Positions 20,492 through 31,286 are shown, numbered from the stretch's first letter. The stretch is DNA of 64,000 nucleotides from Planctomycetota bacterium (GCA_038227875.1 JBBRPR010000025.1:44462-108461), one strand, 5' to 3'. The notes: generated by a model not told the origin, from the letters alone. Numbers and translations are program-made.

Positions 20492-21169
20492 TCAAATGCG
20501 CGAGGCCACCTTCTTCCTTACTTCCGGACTCGCACCCAGCCGCGCCAAAATGTTCTCCACGCCCGTTTTCGCGCGCTTCAAACTTTCCGGATCGTGCGTT
20601 TGGACGTAGAGATAATTCGCCGTCAGCATCATCGCCTCTATTTCGAAGACGGATTGCGGCACGTCGACTTTGTCGTTGATTTCGCCGAGCGCGCGGCCTT
20701 CGACAAGGCAGTCTTTCAACAGCGCGAACCACTGAACCTGAACGGCCAGGACTTTGTCGCGGGCGGGGCCGGGGTGGGTGTCCAGTTCCATCGCGACCGA
20801 CGCGAAAAAGCAGCCGCCAGGAAAGACGCGGCGCTCCAAGTGGCCCAGGAACGCGTTTACCATGGCCCGGAGTCGCTGAACACCGGCGGGAGCGGCCAGC
20901 GCGTGTTGGAGCACTTCCTGGTCAAAGATGGCGATGGCCGTGTCGATCGTCGCCAGCTCGAGTTCTTCTTTCGATTTGAAATGAGCGTAAAGACCGCTCT
21001 TGCTCATGCCCACGGCGGCGGCGAGGTCGCCGATGGACAGGGTGTGCAAGCCTTTGGTCGTGGCCAGTTTCGCCGCGGTATGCAGGATCGTGGCCCGGCT
21101 TTCATTTCCCTTGGAAAAAGAAAGTGCGGGCTCGGCTGCGTTCGATTTTGTTGAATTCTGTTCGCCCAT
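20492..21169 (-). CDS. TetR/AcrR family regulator
   Basis: LSIGDLAAAVGMSKSGLYAHFKSKEEL HTH; PGGCFF C-terminal domain. Confidence 0.93.
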   Translation of the reverse strand: MGEQNSTKSNAAEPALSFSKGNESRATILHTAAKLATTKGLHTLSIGDLAAAVGMSKSGLYAHFKSKEELELATIDTAIAIFDQEVLQHALAAPAGVQRLRAMVNAFLGHLERRVFPGGCFFASVAMELDTHPGPARDKVLAVQVQWFALLKDCLVEGRALGEINDKVDVPQSVFEIEAMMLTANYLYVQTHDPESLKRAKTGVENILARLGASPEVRKKVASRI

Positions 21170-21172
21170 ACC

Positions 21173-21230
21173 TTGACAATAGCACGATCGGTCGTATATT
21201 CAAGTCGTAAAAGAAACGAACGTTCGTGCT
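21173..21230 (+). promoter_or_regulatory. Sigma70-like promoter with two TetR operator-like sites
   Basis: TTGACA (21173)-16 bp-TATATT (21195); AGCACGATCGGTCGT at 21181 and the inverted ACGAACGTTCGTGCT at 21216 match at 13 of 15 positions. Confidence 0.65.
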
Positions 21231-21302
21231 TTTAATGGCTGGCAAGACGCAGGTAGTGGTGAACCGCAACAGGCGTCTCGCACTTCAAAGAGGAGAAAAA
21301 CC

Positions 21303-21524
21303 ATGCCTTTCGTCAACGTTAAGCTGGTAGAGGGCGTTTTCACGCCGGCTCAAAAACAGGAGATGATCCGCAAGCTCACCGACACCATGGTCTCCATCGA
21401 AGGCGAGAACATGCGCCCAGTGACCTGGGTGGTGATCGAAGAAGTGAAAAGTGGCGAGTGGGGAATCGGCGGCAAGGGTCTGACCACAGCCGATGTGAAA
21501 ACACTGGCGAAGAAGTCCGGCTAA
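21303..21524 (+). CDS. 4-oxalocrotonate tautomerase family protein
   Basis: N-terminal Pro (MPFVNVK), VVIEEV and WGIGG; GAGGAG RBS. Confidence 0.92.
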   Translation: MPFVNVKLVEGVFTPAQKQEMIRKLTDTMVSIEGENMRPVTWVVIEEVKSGEWGIGGKGLTTADVKTLAKKSG

Positions 21525-21546
21525 GCCTGCGCCAACTTTGGCGGAC

Positions 21547-22698
21547 TCAACGTGCCTCTTCTTCTCCGAACGATAGTCCCGAGCACGCGAACAGGCCGGC
21601 GAGGCAGGTTAGCCCGACCATGAATTTTCCGACGGCACGGTTCTGGTAGTGGTTGAAGATCATCCAGACCATCACGGCCATTACCAGTGCCATGCCGGCC
21701 AAACCGCAGAGAATCCGCAGTACGGCGAAGCGGTCTTTGCGGATCAAGCGGCGCAGTCCGCCCAGCGCCCAGCCCGGAAACTGGAACAGATCCCATGGGC
21801 GCGTGAAACTGTTGCGCCCGGCCCACGCGGCACCGACACCGAAGAGCACGATCCAGAATGAGACCATTGAAAACCGATTCACGGGGCGCGTAGTTTCTTG
21901 CTCTTCCATCGCGATAATTTCGGGTGACATCGTAAATACCGCGTTGCTGACGTTGACCTCGCTGTGTGAATCGAGCCAATTGTGGGCGTATTCCGCGGCG
22001 CTCGTTGTCTGTTCGGCGGTGAGGGGTTCATCTTTGAATCCAAGGGCGCGCGCCTCCTCAAGCCAGAGGCCGAACCAGACCCAGTTGGTACCGGCGTACG
22101 CCTTTGGGGCGAGAAGATATGCGAGCAGATCGTCCTGAAACGCTTGTCTCGACGCGTATTTCTGGCACGACGCCTTTTTGCTGACGCGCGCTTCCAACGC
22201 TTGTACGGCGGTGGAATTCTCCCGCAGCCACGTCTTGATCTGGTCGGGGCGTTCCGCGATGATTTTCGCGATCTCGGGCGCTTCCTCGTAGCCGTGCGCT
22301 TTCATGGTTGCGGCGGCTTGGACGGTCACGGATGAACGCTGCGATGGCGGCAGCGCCAGAGCGGCCGCGAGTTCCTCGTTCGACTTGCTCCGCGCGCTGG
22401 ACCTGTCCACCGACATACCCAGCGACCCAACGACGTAGGGCGCGAGTAGAATCAGCACGCCAAGCACCGTGGTTCCAAGCGGTGCAAGTTGCACGCGTGA
22501 AGCCAGCAGCGCCATCGCCAGGACCGCCAGTGTTCCCATGATCAAGTTGATGCCGCCGGTTTCGGGAGCCAGCGCCACGCCACCGATCGCGATGGCGGCG
22601 AGAATCAACCAAAGCAGCGCAAAAATCAGGAAGATCAACACTGCACGGTTGGGCGCCTTTATGTTGGAACCGTCGAAGAGCGAGTCATTGGTTGGCAT
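21547..22698 (-). CDS. Hypothetical multi-pass membrane protein
   Basis: Three N-terminal and three C-terminal hydrophobic segments flanking a soluble domain. Confidence 0.65.
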   Translation of the reverse strand: MPTNDSLFDGSNIKAPNRAVLIFLIFALLWLILAAIAIGGVALAPETGGINLIMGTLAVLAMALLASRVQLAPLGTTVLGVLILLAPYVVGSLGMSVDRSSARSKSNEELAAALALPPSQRSSVTVQAAATMKAHGYEEAPEIAKIIAERPDQIKTWLRENSTAVQALEARVSKKASCQKYASRQAFQDDLLAYLLAPKAYAGTNWVWFGLWLEEARALGFKDEPLTAEQTTSAAEYAHNWLDSHSEVNVSNAVFTMSPEIIAMEEQETTRPVNRFSMVSFWIVLFGVGAAWAGRNSFTRPWDLFQFPGWALGGLRRLIRKDRFAVLRILCGLAGMALVMAVMVWMIFNHYQNRAVGKFMVGLTCLAGLFACSGLSFGEEEAR

Positions 22699-22913
22699 AC
22701 GCGGGCTTCCTGAATAGTGGGTACAGTGTCATTTTGGCGGTGCATTATAGCTCAAGTTGGTGCGCTGATTCAAAAATTCGACAACTTTGCGTGTAACCGC
22801 TGCGCGTCCTGACTTCTCTGCTCCTCGTTACGGGATACTTGTCATGGACTGACGACGGGCTTATAAGATGAGCCTTCGTTTTCCATCCATCAGCCCATTA
22901 ATCAGGAGGAGCA

Positions 22914-23333
22914 ATGAACACATCTCGCTGGATCTGGTCTGCCGTGTTGTGCGTGGGCTTGTTTGCCGTGAGTGCGCGTGCTGCCACGACCAAGGACGCA
23001 GCACCGGAAGTGATGAAGGGTCTGGAAGAAAAAGTCGACAAGATGCTGAAAGCCTACAACGAAAATTCGTACAAGGATTTCTTCGCAGATTACGCCAAAG
23101 CAATGGCTGCTTTGGGTACCGAGTCGACCTTCAAGATGCTCTATGTCGACAAGGGGTTCGGTAAGTTTGTCTCGAAGAAACTGATCGACAAAGAGACGGT
23201 CTCGGCCGGAGACCTTCCGCTGCTGGTATACGAAGGTGAATTTGAAAAGGAGAAGAAGGTCAAGATTTCCATTAATTTCACCAAAGACGGCGACCAGCTC
23301 AAGATCATGCAGGTACAGTTTAATAAGATGTAA
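22914..23333 (+). CDS. Secreted hypothetical protein (DUF3887-like)
   Basis: AGGAGGAG RBS, signal peptide ending ARA, FGKFVSK...YEGEFEKEK pattern. Confidence 0.7.
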   Translation: MNTSRWIWSAVLCVGLFAVSARAATTKDAAPEVMKGLEEKVDKMLKAYNENSYKDFFADYAKAMAALGTESTFKMLYVDKGFGKFVSKKLIDKETVSAGDLPLLVYEGEFEKEKKVKISINFTKDGDQLKIMQVQFNKM

Positions 23334-23373
23334 CCTTTGCATATATGGCGAATACAGCAGAGTGAATTTGTGT

Positions 23374-23410
23374 TAAAGCAGCCGCGAAAAATACGCGGCT
23401 GCTTTATTTG
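23374..23410 (+). terminator. Intrinsic terminator
   Basis: 13-bp stem TAAAGCAGCCGCG/CGCGGCTGCTTTA with a T-rich tail. Confidence 0.7.
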
Positions 23411-23489
23411 TATATTGTCCGGCTTTCGAAACGCCGTTTTCACGCTACAATCACCAGCCCATAGGAATGGTTGGAACCTCTTTTATCCC

Positions 23490-26400
23490 ATGATGCGATT
23501 GAAAATTGTGTCCAAAGCGGCGAGCGTCACCCTCGTCGCTGTCGGCTTGATGGTGCTGACCGGCTGGACGTTTAACCTGATCCGACTGACCAGTATTGTC
23601 GCCGGCTACACGCCGATGAATCCGTTCACGGCCATTTTCTTCGTTATCCTCAGCGGTTCGTTGTGGCGGCAGTGCGACGCGGTGAGATCTGACCTCCTGG
23701 CTCGGTGTGTTGCCGCTGCCGTGGCCGTGGTCGCAGGATTCGTTTTCCTCGACATCGTCTGCGGCTTGAACGTCGGCCTGGATCGCAGCCTGTTCACTGA
23801 AGGTCTGATGCGCGCAGCCAACGGACCCAATCGCATGGCGCCAAACACGGCGCTCGCGTTCGTATTCTGCGGCGTGGCCCTGGCGATGTTGGATTGGGAA
23901 ACGTCCACCAGGCGCCGTCCGGCTCAATGGTGCGCGCTAGGCGCCGGTGTGCTCGCGCTGCTGGCTCTGATTGGCTACGCCTACAGTGCCATGTCCCTGG
24001 CGCGGGTCGCGCTCTACATCCCCATGGCCATTCACAGTTCGCTCTCGTTTTTAATGCTCTCCACGGGAATCATCTGTGCGCGGCCCGACAAGGGCATAAT
24101 GCGCAGCCTCATGGCCGACAGTATCGGCAGCACGTTGCTGCGACGACTCCTGCCGACGGCGATTCTGCTCCCGATTTTCCTGGGCTGGCTGATGCTTCTG
24201 GCGCAGCAGAGCGGCATATTCACGACGGTCTTTGCTGTCTCGCTGCTGGCGATCCTGATCGTTTTGGTCTTTTCGACGCTGCTGTGGCTTACCGCAGCGC
24301 GCGTGCATGAGTTGGACGAGAAACGCAAGCTCGAAGAGCAGCGCCGCCGTATGATCATCGACAACTGCTACGACGTGTTCGTCGGCATCGACGGCCGCGG
24401 CGAGGTCGTCGAGTGGAATTCCCAGGCGGAAGTGGTCTTCGGTTGGACGCGCGCAGAGGCCTGTGGCAAAACGCTCGCGTCGCTGATTCTGCCGGAACGT
24501 TTCCGCGAGGCTCATCGCGCGGGGATCGTGAAATTTCTGGCGACTGGCGAAGGGCCGGTGCTGAACAAGCGTCTGGAGCTCTCGGCGCTGCGGCGCTCGG
24601 GCGTTGAGTTTCCCGTCGAGTTCACAATTTCGCCGATTCAAATCGGATCGGAGTGGCTCTTCAGCGCATTCATGCGCGATGTCTCGGAGCGCAAGCGCGC
24701 CGAGGCGGAACTGGCGCAGGCGCGTGACGAGGCGCTGCAGTCGGCGCAGATGAAGTCCGAATTCCTGGCCAACATGAGCCACGAGATCCGCACACCGATG
24801 AACGGGATCATCGGTATGTCCGATCTGCTGTTCGGCACCAAACTGTCGCCGCAGCAACGCGAATTTGCTTCGACCATTCAATCCAGCGCCGACGCGCTTA
24901 TGACCATCATCGATGACATTCTCGATTTTTCGAAAATCGAGGCGGGCAAACTGGAGTTCGAGCTGCTGGACTTCGATCTTCGCAGTGTGGTTGAAGGCGT
25001 CGCGGATCTGATGACCGAGCGTGCCCACGCCAAGGGTTTGGAACTCGCTTACCTTATTCACCGCGACGTGCCGACCAAACTGCGTGGCGACCCGGGACGT
25101 TTGCGGCAAGTGCTGCTGAATCTGGTCAGCAACGCGGTCAAGTTCACCAATGCCGGTGAAGTGGTGATGCGCGTGACGGTGGAGTCCAAGTCGGACGCCC
25201 GGTGTACGCTTCGATTTTCCGTCACCGATACCGGCATCGGCTTGAGCGATTCGGCGATGTCTCGCTTGTTTCAGCCGTTCACGCAGGCCGACGGGTCGAC
25301 GACGCGGCAATACGGCGGCACGGGGTTGGGCCTGGCGATTTCGAAGCAGCTCGCCATCATGATGAAAGGCGAAATCGGTGCCGAGAGCCAGCAGGGCAAG
25401 GGCTCCACGTTCTGGTTCACCGCGGTGCTGGAGCGCTCCGCCCCGTCATCCGAGGCCCTGCCGGCGGTGACCGGTGCATTAAATGGCACGCGCGCGCTGA
25501 TCGTCGATGACAATGAGACCAACCGCAAAATTCTGCAGTACCAGCTCTCGTCGTGGCAGGTGCCTTACGAAAGTGCGGGAGACGGCCGCGAAGCATTGAA
25601 CGCGCTGCACCGTGCCAGGACCGAGCATGCGGAATTCACCATCGCGCTGATCGACATGCAGATGCCCGGAATGGACGGACTGGAACTGGCTCGCGCGATC
25701 AAGGCGGATCCCAGTCTTTCTGGATTGCGCGTGCTGATGATGGCCTCGCAACAGACCGGAGCGCTCAGCGACAATGCGCGCGAGGCGGGCGTCGATGCGG
25801 TACTGATCAAACCCGTCAAGCCCGCCAAACTGCTCGATTGCATTACCTCTGCGCTCACCTTGCAATCACAGCCACAGTCCGCGCGGCCCGCCAGCCGGCC
25901 GCAGATCACGGTTCACAAGCGGCGCGGTCGAATTCTTCTGGCCGAGGACAATCCGGTCAATCAACGCGTGGCGTCGTTGCAACTGGAACGTCTGGGATTC
26001 GGCGTCGACATTGCCAACAGCGGGCAGGAGGCGATCGCGGCTGTTTCAAAATTCGACTACGATCTGGTCTTGATGGATTGCCAGATGCCGGACATCGACG
26101 GCTTCCAGGCGACCCAGGCGATCCGGAAACTGGAGCCCAAACGCAACGTCACGATCGTCGCGATGACCGCCAACGCCATGGAAGGCGACCGCGAACGCTG
26201 TCTTTCCGCTGGAATGAATGACTACCTCAGCAAACCCGTTGAGGCGCAGAAGCTCGAGGAAGTGCTGACCCGCTGGCTGCCCAACGGTACGGATAACCCG
26301 GAATCGGGATTGGACCTTGCCCGTCTGCGCGAAGCTTCCGGCGGCGACGATGCGGCGTTGCGTGAAATTGTCGCCGTGTATCTGGAATCCACAGAGCAGG

Positions 26401-26651
26401 AATTGCGCCGCCTGGGCACCGCAATCGAAACGGATAACTTCCCGGAAATGGAAAGCATCGCGCACACCTGCGCAGGAGGCAGTGCTACGTGCGGTGTCAC
26501 GCCTATGGTCGTCGCCATGAAAGATCTTCAGCGGGCGGCGCTGCAAAAGGATGCCTTCGCCGCCCAGGCGCTGCAAGCCAAAGTGCGCGCGGAATTCGCG
26601 CGACTTAAAGTGCTTCTCGAAGCCGTCGCCGCCGACGGGATGAAAACTTAA
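23490..26651 (+). CDS. Membrane hybrid histidine kinase (TM-PAS-HisKA-HATPase-REC-REC-Hpt)
   Basis: FLANMSHEIRTPMNG H-box, NLVSNAVKFT, GGTGLGL, two receivers (IDMQMP, MDCQMP), Hpt AHTCAG. Confidence 0.93.
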   Translation: MMRLKIVSKAASVTLVAVGLMVLTGWTFNLIRLTSIVAGYTPMNPFTAIFFVILSGSLWRQCDAVRSDLLARCVAAAVAVVAGFVFLDIVCGLNVGLDRSLFTEGLMRAANGPNRMAPNTALAFVFCGVALAMLDWETSTRRRPAQWCALGAGVLALLALIGYAYSAMSLARVALYIPMAIHSSLSFLMLSTGIICARPDKGIMRSLMADSIGSTLLRRLLPTAILLPIFLGWLMLLAQQSGIFTTVFAVSLLAILIVLVFSTLLWLTAARVHELDEKRKLEEQRRRMIIDNCYDVFVGIDGRGEVVEWNSQAEVVFGWTRAEACGKTLASLILPERFREAHRAGIVKFLATGEGPVLNKRLELSALRRSGVEFPVEFTISPIQIGSEWLFSAFMRDVSERKRAEAELAQARDEALQSAQMKSEFLANMSHEIRTPMNGIIGMSDLLFGTKLSPQQREFASTIQSSADALMTIIDDILDFSKIEAGKLEFELLDFDLRSVVEGVADLMTERAHAKGLELAYLIHRDVPTKLRGDPGRLRQVLLNLVSNAVKFTNAGEVVMRVTVESKSDARCTLRFSVTDTGIGLSDSAMSRLFQPFTQADGSTTRQYGGTGLGLAISKQLAIMMKGEIGAESQQGKGSTFWFTAVLERSAPSSEALPAVTGALNGTRALIVDDNETNRKILQYQLSSWQVPYESAGDGREALNALHRARTEHAEFTIALIDMQMPGMDGLELARAIKADPSLSGLRVLMMASQQTGALSDNAREAGVDAVLIKPVKPAKLLDCITSALTLQSQPQSARPASRPQITVHKRRGRILLAEDNPVNQRVASLQLERLGFGVDIANSGQEAIAAVSKFDYDLVLMDCQMPDIDGFQATQAIRKLEPKRNVTIVAMTANAMEGDRERCLSAGMNDYLSKPVEAQKLEEVLTRWLPNGTDNPESGLDLARLREASGGDDAALREIVAVYLESTEQELRRLGTAIETDNFPEMESIAHTCAGGSATCGVTPMVVAMKDLQRAALQKDAFAAQALQAKVRAEFARLKVLLEAVAADGMKT

Positions 26652-27475
26652 ACCGCCGCGGTCGCTGCGGTGCGTCCCGGCGCCATGCGGGGTGCCACCG
26701 GTTGAATCAGCGCGCGGCGCTCCGGCGTGAGCCGTTCCAGCAATTCCTCCGACGGTACGTAATTGAAGCGCGTCGCGATGTAGTGGGGCGAGTAGCGGTA
26801 GATCAGGATGCGCCGGTCGCCGGGATTCGTGCGCGCGGCGGAGCCATGCGTCACCGCGTCGGTGAAGAGCAGCGCGTCGCCAGCTTTCAGGTACATCTCC
26901 TGCATGCCCATCGCCGCACTGGCCGGTTCGGTATCGCGGTAGACTTGGTTGGGGCCGGCGGCGATGAATGGGTGAATCACCGCGCACTTGTGGCTGCCGG
27001 GAATCAGCACCGTGGGCCCGTCGCCAGGACCGATGTCGTTGAGTGCCATAAGAATATTGATCTGGCCGACCATCCAATTTCCCGAATGGTGCCGCGTCAC
27101 GCACGGGAACGCCGGGTAGTGACCACCGGAATGAATCCCGATGAAGCCGCCCGGTCCGCGCAGATTCAAGAAGCACTCGTTGATCGAAAGTCGCGCGAAC
27201 TGATTGCCGATCCAGCGCTGCACGTCACTGTACCACGCGGGGTGGTCGAGCAGGTCCTCGAAGATGGTGCCGCCTTCGATGATGTTCTGATAATTCGTGC
27301 CGTCGTTGCCCTGGTACGAATGAACGTGAACGTTTCCGATCCACTCTCCGGGCTTGCGCCGCGGCTGCTCATCGACCCAGCTATTGATTGCACGCAGTCG
27401 TTCGGGGCTGAGTACAGACTTGAGGACCAGGTAGCCCTGCAGGTCGAAGAGGTAGTCCCGTTCTTGTTCAGTCAT
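26648..27475 (-). CDS. PhyH-family Fe/2OG enzyme with HxG instead of HxD
   Basis: FDLQGYLVL, IHSGG, DGPTVLIPGSHK and FTDAVTHGS. Confidence 0.82.
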   Translation of the reverse strand: MTEQERDYLFDLQGYLVLKSVLSPERLRAINSWVDEQPRRKPGEWIGNVHVHSYQGNDGTNYQNIIEGGTIFEDLLDHPAWYSDVQRWIGNQFARLSINECFLNLRGPGGFIGIHSGGHYPAFPCVTRHHSGNWMVGQINILMALNDIGPGDGPTVLIPGSHKCAVIHPFIAAGPNQVYRDTEPASAAMGMQEMYLKAGDALLFTDAVTHGSAARTNPGDRRILIYRYSPHYIATRFNYVPSEELLERLTPERRALIQPVAPRMAPGRTAATAAV

Positions 27476-27583
27476 GCTGTGATCCCTGTGAGTCGTCTAA
27501 GGCGTTCATTCGAGTTACCATATTACGCCGGAGTCTCTTGGGAGTCTTTGCATCAGCCATGCGACATGTTACCATTTAGCGCT

Positions 27584-28477
27584 ATGATTACTCCGACCAG
27601 ATTGCCGCTGGACCGCGCGTTGGATGGAAAAGTGGAGCTGTCGCGCGCCCGGTGGACCAGCTCCCGACCCCACCGTCACGCGGAGCTGGAACTGAATCTG
27701 CTCGTCCGCGGCCAGGGCGAGTATGTCGTCAACGACCGCAAATATGTGTTGCGAGCCGGTACGATCGCGTGGCTGTTCTCCGGGCACAGCCATTTGCTGC
27801 TCAATCAATCCAGCGACTACGAAATGTGGGTGGTGGTCTTCAAACCGCGGCTGGTCCGGCGGGTCTGCACGGCGCCAGCGGCGCGGATTCTATGTCGAGC
27901 CAATCCGGCCGGGCACTTCTGCAAAAGCATTTCGGTCGCCGTATTCCAGCAACTCGATCGTCTCTGCCGGAACGTGGCTGCAGCGGATGCTGATCTTCCT
28001 CGCATGAACGCCGGCCTGGGTTACCTGCTGCTGGAGGCATGGGACGTTTATCAACGCAGCACTGCGGCGCTGGAGAGTACCGCGCTCCATCCGGCTGTGG
28101 AGCGCGCGGCGCAATTGCTCAAGGAAGAAGGAAGCGATTGGGAATTTGAACGTCTCGCGCGCGCTGCGGGATTAAGCGCGTCGCGGCTGGGGCGATTGTA
28201 CAAGGAACAGACCGGCCTGACGATCGTCGACTACCGCAACCAACTTCGCGTGCAGCGTTTCATCGATCTTTTCGGCTCGGGGCAGCGCATTACCATGCTT
28301 CGTGCCGCACTGGAGGCCGGATTTGGCAGCTATACGCAGTTTCACCGCGTCTTCGCCAAAGCCGCCGGATTTCCTCCGCGCGTCTACTACCGTAAGCTGC
28401 GCGAAAATCGCTTCGCCGCGCAGCAGTCTCTTACACCTGCCCGCCGCAGAGATGAATATCTCCGTCCACCACCGTAA
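27584..28477 (+). CDS. AraC family transcriptional regulator
   Basis: HRHAELELNL cupin; ALEAGFGSYTQFHRVF AraC motif; divergent from the PhyH gene. Confidence 0.88.
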   Translation: MITPTRLPLDRALDGKVELSRARWTSSRPHRHAELELNLLVRGQGEYVVNDRKYVLRAGTIAWLFSGHSHLLLNQSSDYEMWVVVFKPRLVRRVCTAPAARILCRANPAGHFCKSISVAVFQQLDRLCRNVAAADADLPRMNAGLGYLLLEAWDVYQRSTAALESTALHPAVERAAQLLKEEGSDWEFERLARAAGLSASRLGRLYKEQTGLTIVDYRNQLRVQRFIDLFGSGQRITMLRAALEAGFGSYTQFHRVFAKAAGFPPRVYYRKLRENRFAAQQSLTPARRRDEYLRPPP

Positions 28478-28775
28478 CGCGGAACGATTTCACGCATTCG
28501 TGAACTTCGCTGCCTTTTCCAGTGCACAGATCGAATTTGTGGGCGTGAAGCGGACAGACGACCGAACCGTTTCCGGCCAGGCCATCGGCCAGCGGACCGC
28601 CACGGTGCGGACAGCGATTCTGCACGGCGAAAATCCGCCCGTCCCGCTGACGGAAGACGGCGACTTCTTCGCCCATGACCTGAAAGCAGCGACCGAGTCC
28701 GAACGGTACTTCGGAAGCGGGGCCCAGGTTGAAAACGGTCTGGCGTGGTGTTTCCAGAATGGTGTGCGTCGACAT
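28431..28775 (-). CDS. nirD: Nitrite reductase small subunit (Rieske)
   Basis: NRCPHRGGPLADG...CPLH Rieske ligands; directly downstream of nirB. Confidence 0.88.
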   Translation of the reverse strand: MSTHTILETPRQTVFNLGPASEVPFGLGRCFQVMGEEVAVFRQRDGRIFAVQNRCPHRGGPLADGLAGNGSVVCPLHAHKFDLCTGKGSEVHECVKSFRVTVVDGDIHLCGGQV

Positions 28776-28793
28776 CTTCGGTGTTCTCCTCAG

Positions 28794-31286
28794 TTATGAT
28801 TTCACTTCAATTGCGGGTTCCACGCCGCGGAACTGGGACGGCCATACCGGCGCCTGGGCTTCCGTCCAGGGATCGACATACGCATCGACGGCCTTCTGAA
28901 TATCGGCGTCCAGTCGCGCGCAGATGCCTTCACTGTCGTTGACCAGAATGTCGCGCAGCAGTTCCACGCCGAGGCGTTCGAGGAAATGGTACGAACGCTC
29001 CTGGTACCGGCCGTGTTCGCGGTAGTACTGCATGAAGCGCCCCATGATCTTCAGCACTTCGTCGTGCGAAGTGACGGTGCAGAGCAGATCGCCTTTCCGC
29101 ACTGCGCTGCCCGCCGCGCCGCCGACATAGATCTCCCAAAGTCCGCCTTCAATCGCGACGGCGCCGAGGTCCTTCACGTAGGCTTCTGAGCAGTTGCGCG
29201 GGCAACCGGCCGTGGCGAGCTTCATCTTATGCGGCGATTCGATGCCCTGGAAGCGGCGCTCGATCTTCTGCGCCAGCGCGATCGAGTCGCCGACGCCGTA
29301 GCGGCAAAAATCGGTGCCGACGCAACTCTTGCAAGTGCGGAACGCTTTCGTGTACGCATGTCCGCTGGGCATCCCCAGATCCTGCCAGACGCCAGGTAAA
29401 TCTTCCTTCTTGATGCCGAGCAGATCGATGCGCTGGCCGCCGGTGATCTTCACCATCGGCACGTTGTATTTGATCGCAACGTCGGCGATGCGGCGGAGTT
29501 CATCGGGCGTCGTGACGCCCGCGTAGATGCGCGGGATCACGGAGTACGTCGCATCCTTCTGAATATTGGCGTGCACGCGGTCGTTGATGAAGCGCGCGTC
29601 GCGTTCGTCTTCGTACTCATCCGGCCAGAGCGACTTGAGCAGCGAGGCCAAGCCCGCTTTGCTCGCCGCGTCTTCTTTGCCGCCGGCCAGTTCGCGGAAG
29701 ACGGAACTGACCGACTTCAAGCCGCGCTTGCGAATCTCCTCGACCAGCGCCGCTTTTTCGTACGGCACGCCGGGCACGTAGTAATGTTCGCTCGGGTCGT
29801 CGCCCGCCGCGCCGCAGCCGGCGAGAATTTCGGTGATCAGCGGCTTGCAGCTTCCGCAACCCGATCCGGCTTTCGTGCAGGCTCCGATCTTGCCGACGCT
29901 GTTACAGCCGCCATCGCGAATCGCGGCGACGATCTGTCCTTTGCTCACACCATTGCAATTGCAGATCTGCGCTGCGTCCGGCAGGTCGGAGGCTTTGACC
30001 AGCGACTTGCCGGTTCGCGATCCGAAGAGCAGTTCCGCGCGCACGTCCGGCAGCGGCGTGTTGTTTTGGAAGAGCTGCATCAGCGACCCGAAATTGTCCG
30101 TCTCGCCCAGCAGAATCGCGCCGGCGAGCAGGTTGTCGCGGATGATCAGCTTTTTGTACACGCCGCGCGACGGCTCGCTGAAGGTGAGCACTTCGTCGGT
30201 CGGTTTCGCCGGACGCGTTTCGCCCAGTGAGCCGACTTCGACGCCCATCACTTTCAGTTTTGTGCCGAGCTTGGAGCCCAGGTACGCGGCGGTTTCGCGC
30301 GTGCCGGTGATGACATCGGCCAGCACCTTCGCCTGTTCCCAGATCGGATCGACGAGTCCATAGATGCGCCCGCGGTGCTGGACGCATTCGCCCAGCGAGA
30401 AGATATCGGGATCGCTAGTGCGCATCTGGTCGTCGACCACGATCGCCTTCTCGACGGTCAATCCGGAAACCGATGCCACTTCCGTGATCGGGCGGATGCC
30501 GGCGCTGACGACGACCATGTCAGTCTCAAGGTACGAGCCGTCCTTCAGCGCCAGCCGCTTGATCGCGCCGTTTTCGCTCTCGATGCGCGCGGTGATTTTC
30601 TCGGTCAGCACCTTCACGCCCATCTTTTCCATCGCGGCGCGCAGCATCGCGCCGCCTTCGGTGTCGAGTTGCTGCGCCATGAGCTGCGGCGCGGCTTCGA
30701 GCACGGTGACTTCCACGCCATGCGTCAGCAGTCCGCGCGCGGCTTCGAGACCCAGCAAACCTCCGCCGATGACAGCGGCCTTCTTGCAATTCTTCGCGTA
30801 ATGAGCGATGCGTTCGCAATCATCGATGGTGCGAAAGAGGAACGTGCCGGGCTGGCCGAAGCCTTCCATCGGCGGCACGAACGGCCGCGAGCCGGTTGCG
30901 ATGATGATCGCGTCGTAATGCTCGGTGACCGGCGGCGTGTCTGGTTGCGACTCGGCATTTGCGGCGTAGGCCAGTGCGTCCTTCTTCAGCGGCGCGCCGA
31001 TCACGACACGATTTTCGCGGTCGATCTTCGCGACCTTGACGCCGGCATGGAGCGTGATGCCGTTCTGCGTGTACCAGCTTAGCGGATTGATGAAAATCTC
31101 CGCCGGCGCCTGCGTGCCGTTGAGCACGTTGCTGAGCAGAATGCGGTTGTAGTTCCCGTAGGGCTCGGCGCCGAACATGACGATGTCGAAGTGGTCGGGC
31201 GCGCGAGCGAGAATCTCCTCGACCACGCGGGCGCCGGCCATGCCGTTGCCGATCACGACCAGCTTTTTGCGCTTCATCTTAACCAT
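28794..31286 (-). CDS. nirB: NAD(P)H nitrite reductase large subunit
   Basis: GNGMAG FAD and [11 protein letters not shown] motifs; BFD CNCN...CGSC; siroheme/4Fe-4S ligands [10 protein letters not shown] and GCPRNC. Confidence 0.95.
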   Translation of the reverse strand: MVKMKRKKLVVIGNGMAGARVVEEILARAPDHFDIVMFGAEPYGNYNRILLSNVLNGTQAPAEIFINPLSWYTQNGITLHAGVKVAKIDRENRVVIGAPLKKDALAYAANAESQPDTPPVTEHYDAIIIATGSRPFVPPMEGFGQPGTFLFRTIDDCERIAHYAKNCKKAAVIGGGLLGLEAARGLLTHGVEVTVLEAAPQLMAQQLDTEGGAMLRAAMEKMGVKVLTEKITARIESENGAIKRLALKDGSYLETDMVVVSAGIRPITEVASVSGLTVEKAIVVDDQMRTSDPDIFSLGECVQHRGRIYGLVDPIWEQAKVLADVITGTRETAAYLGSKLGTKLKVMGVEVGSLGETRPAKPTDEVLTFSEPSRGVYKKLIIRDNLLAGAILLGETDNFGSLMQLFQNNTPLPDVRAELLFGSRTGKSLVKASDLPDAAQICNCNGVSKGQIVAAIRDGGCNSVGKIGACTKAGSGCGSCKPLITEILAGCGAAGDDPSEHYYVPGVPYEKAALVEEIRKRGLKSVSSVFRELAGGKEDAASKAGLASLLKSLWPDEYEDERDARFINDRVHANIQKDATYSVIPRIYAGVTTPDELRRIADVAIKYNVPMVKITGGQRIDLLGIKKEDLPGVWQDLGMPSGHAYTKAFRTCKSCVGTDFCRYGVGDSIALAQKIERRFQGIESPHKMKLATAGCPRNCSEAYVKDLGAVAIEGGLWEIYVGGAAGSAVRKGDLLCTVTSHDEVLKIMGRFMQYYREHGRYQERSYHFLERLGVELLRDILVNDSEGICARLDADIQKAVDAYVDPWTEAQAPVWPSQFRGVEPAIEVKS

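Noticed and set aside
26702..27583. 591-aa version of the AraC gene
   Set aside because: The N-terminal half is antisense to the PhyH gene; the AraC domains begin near 27584
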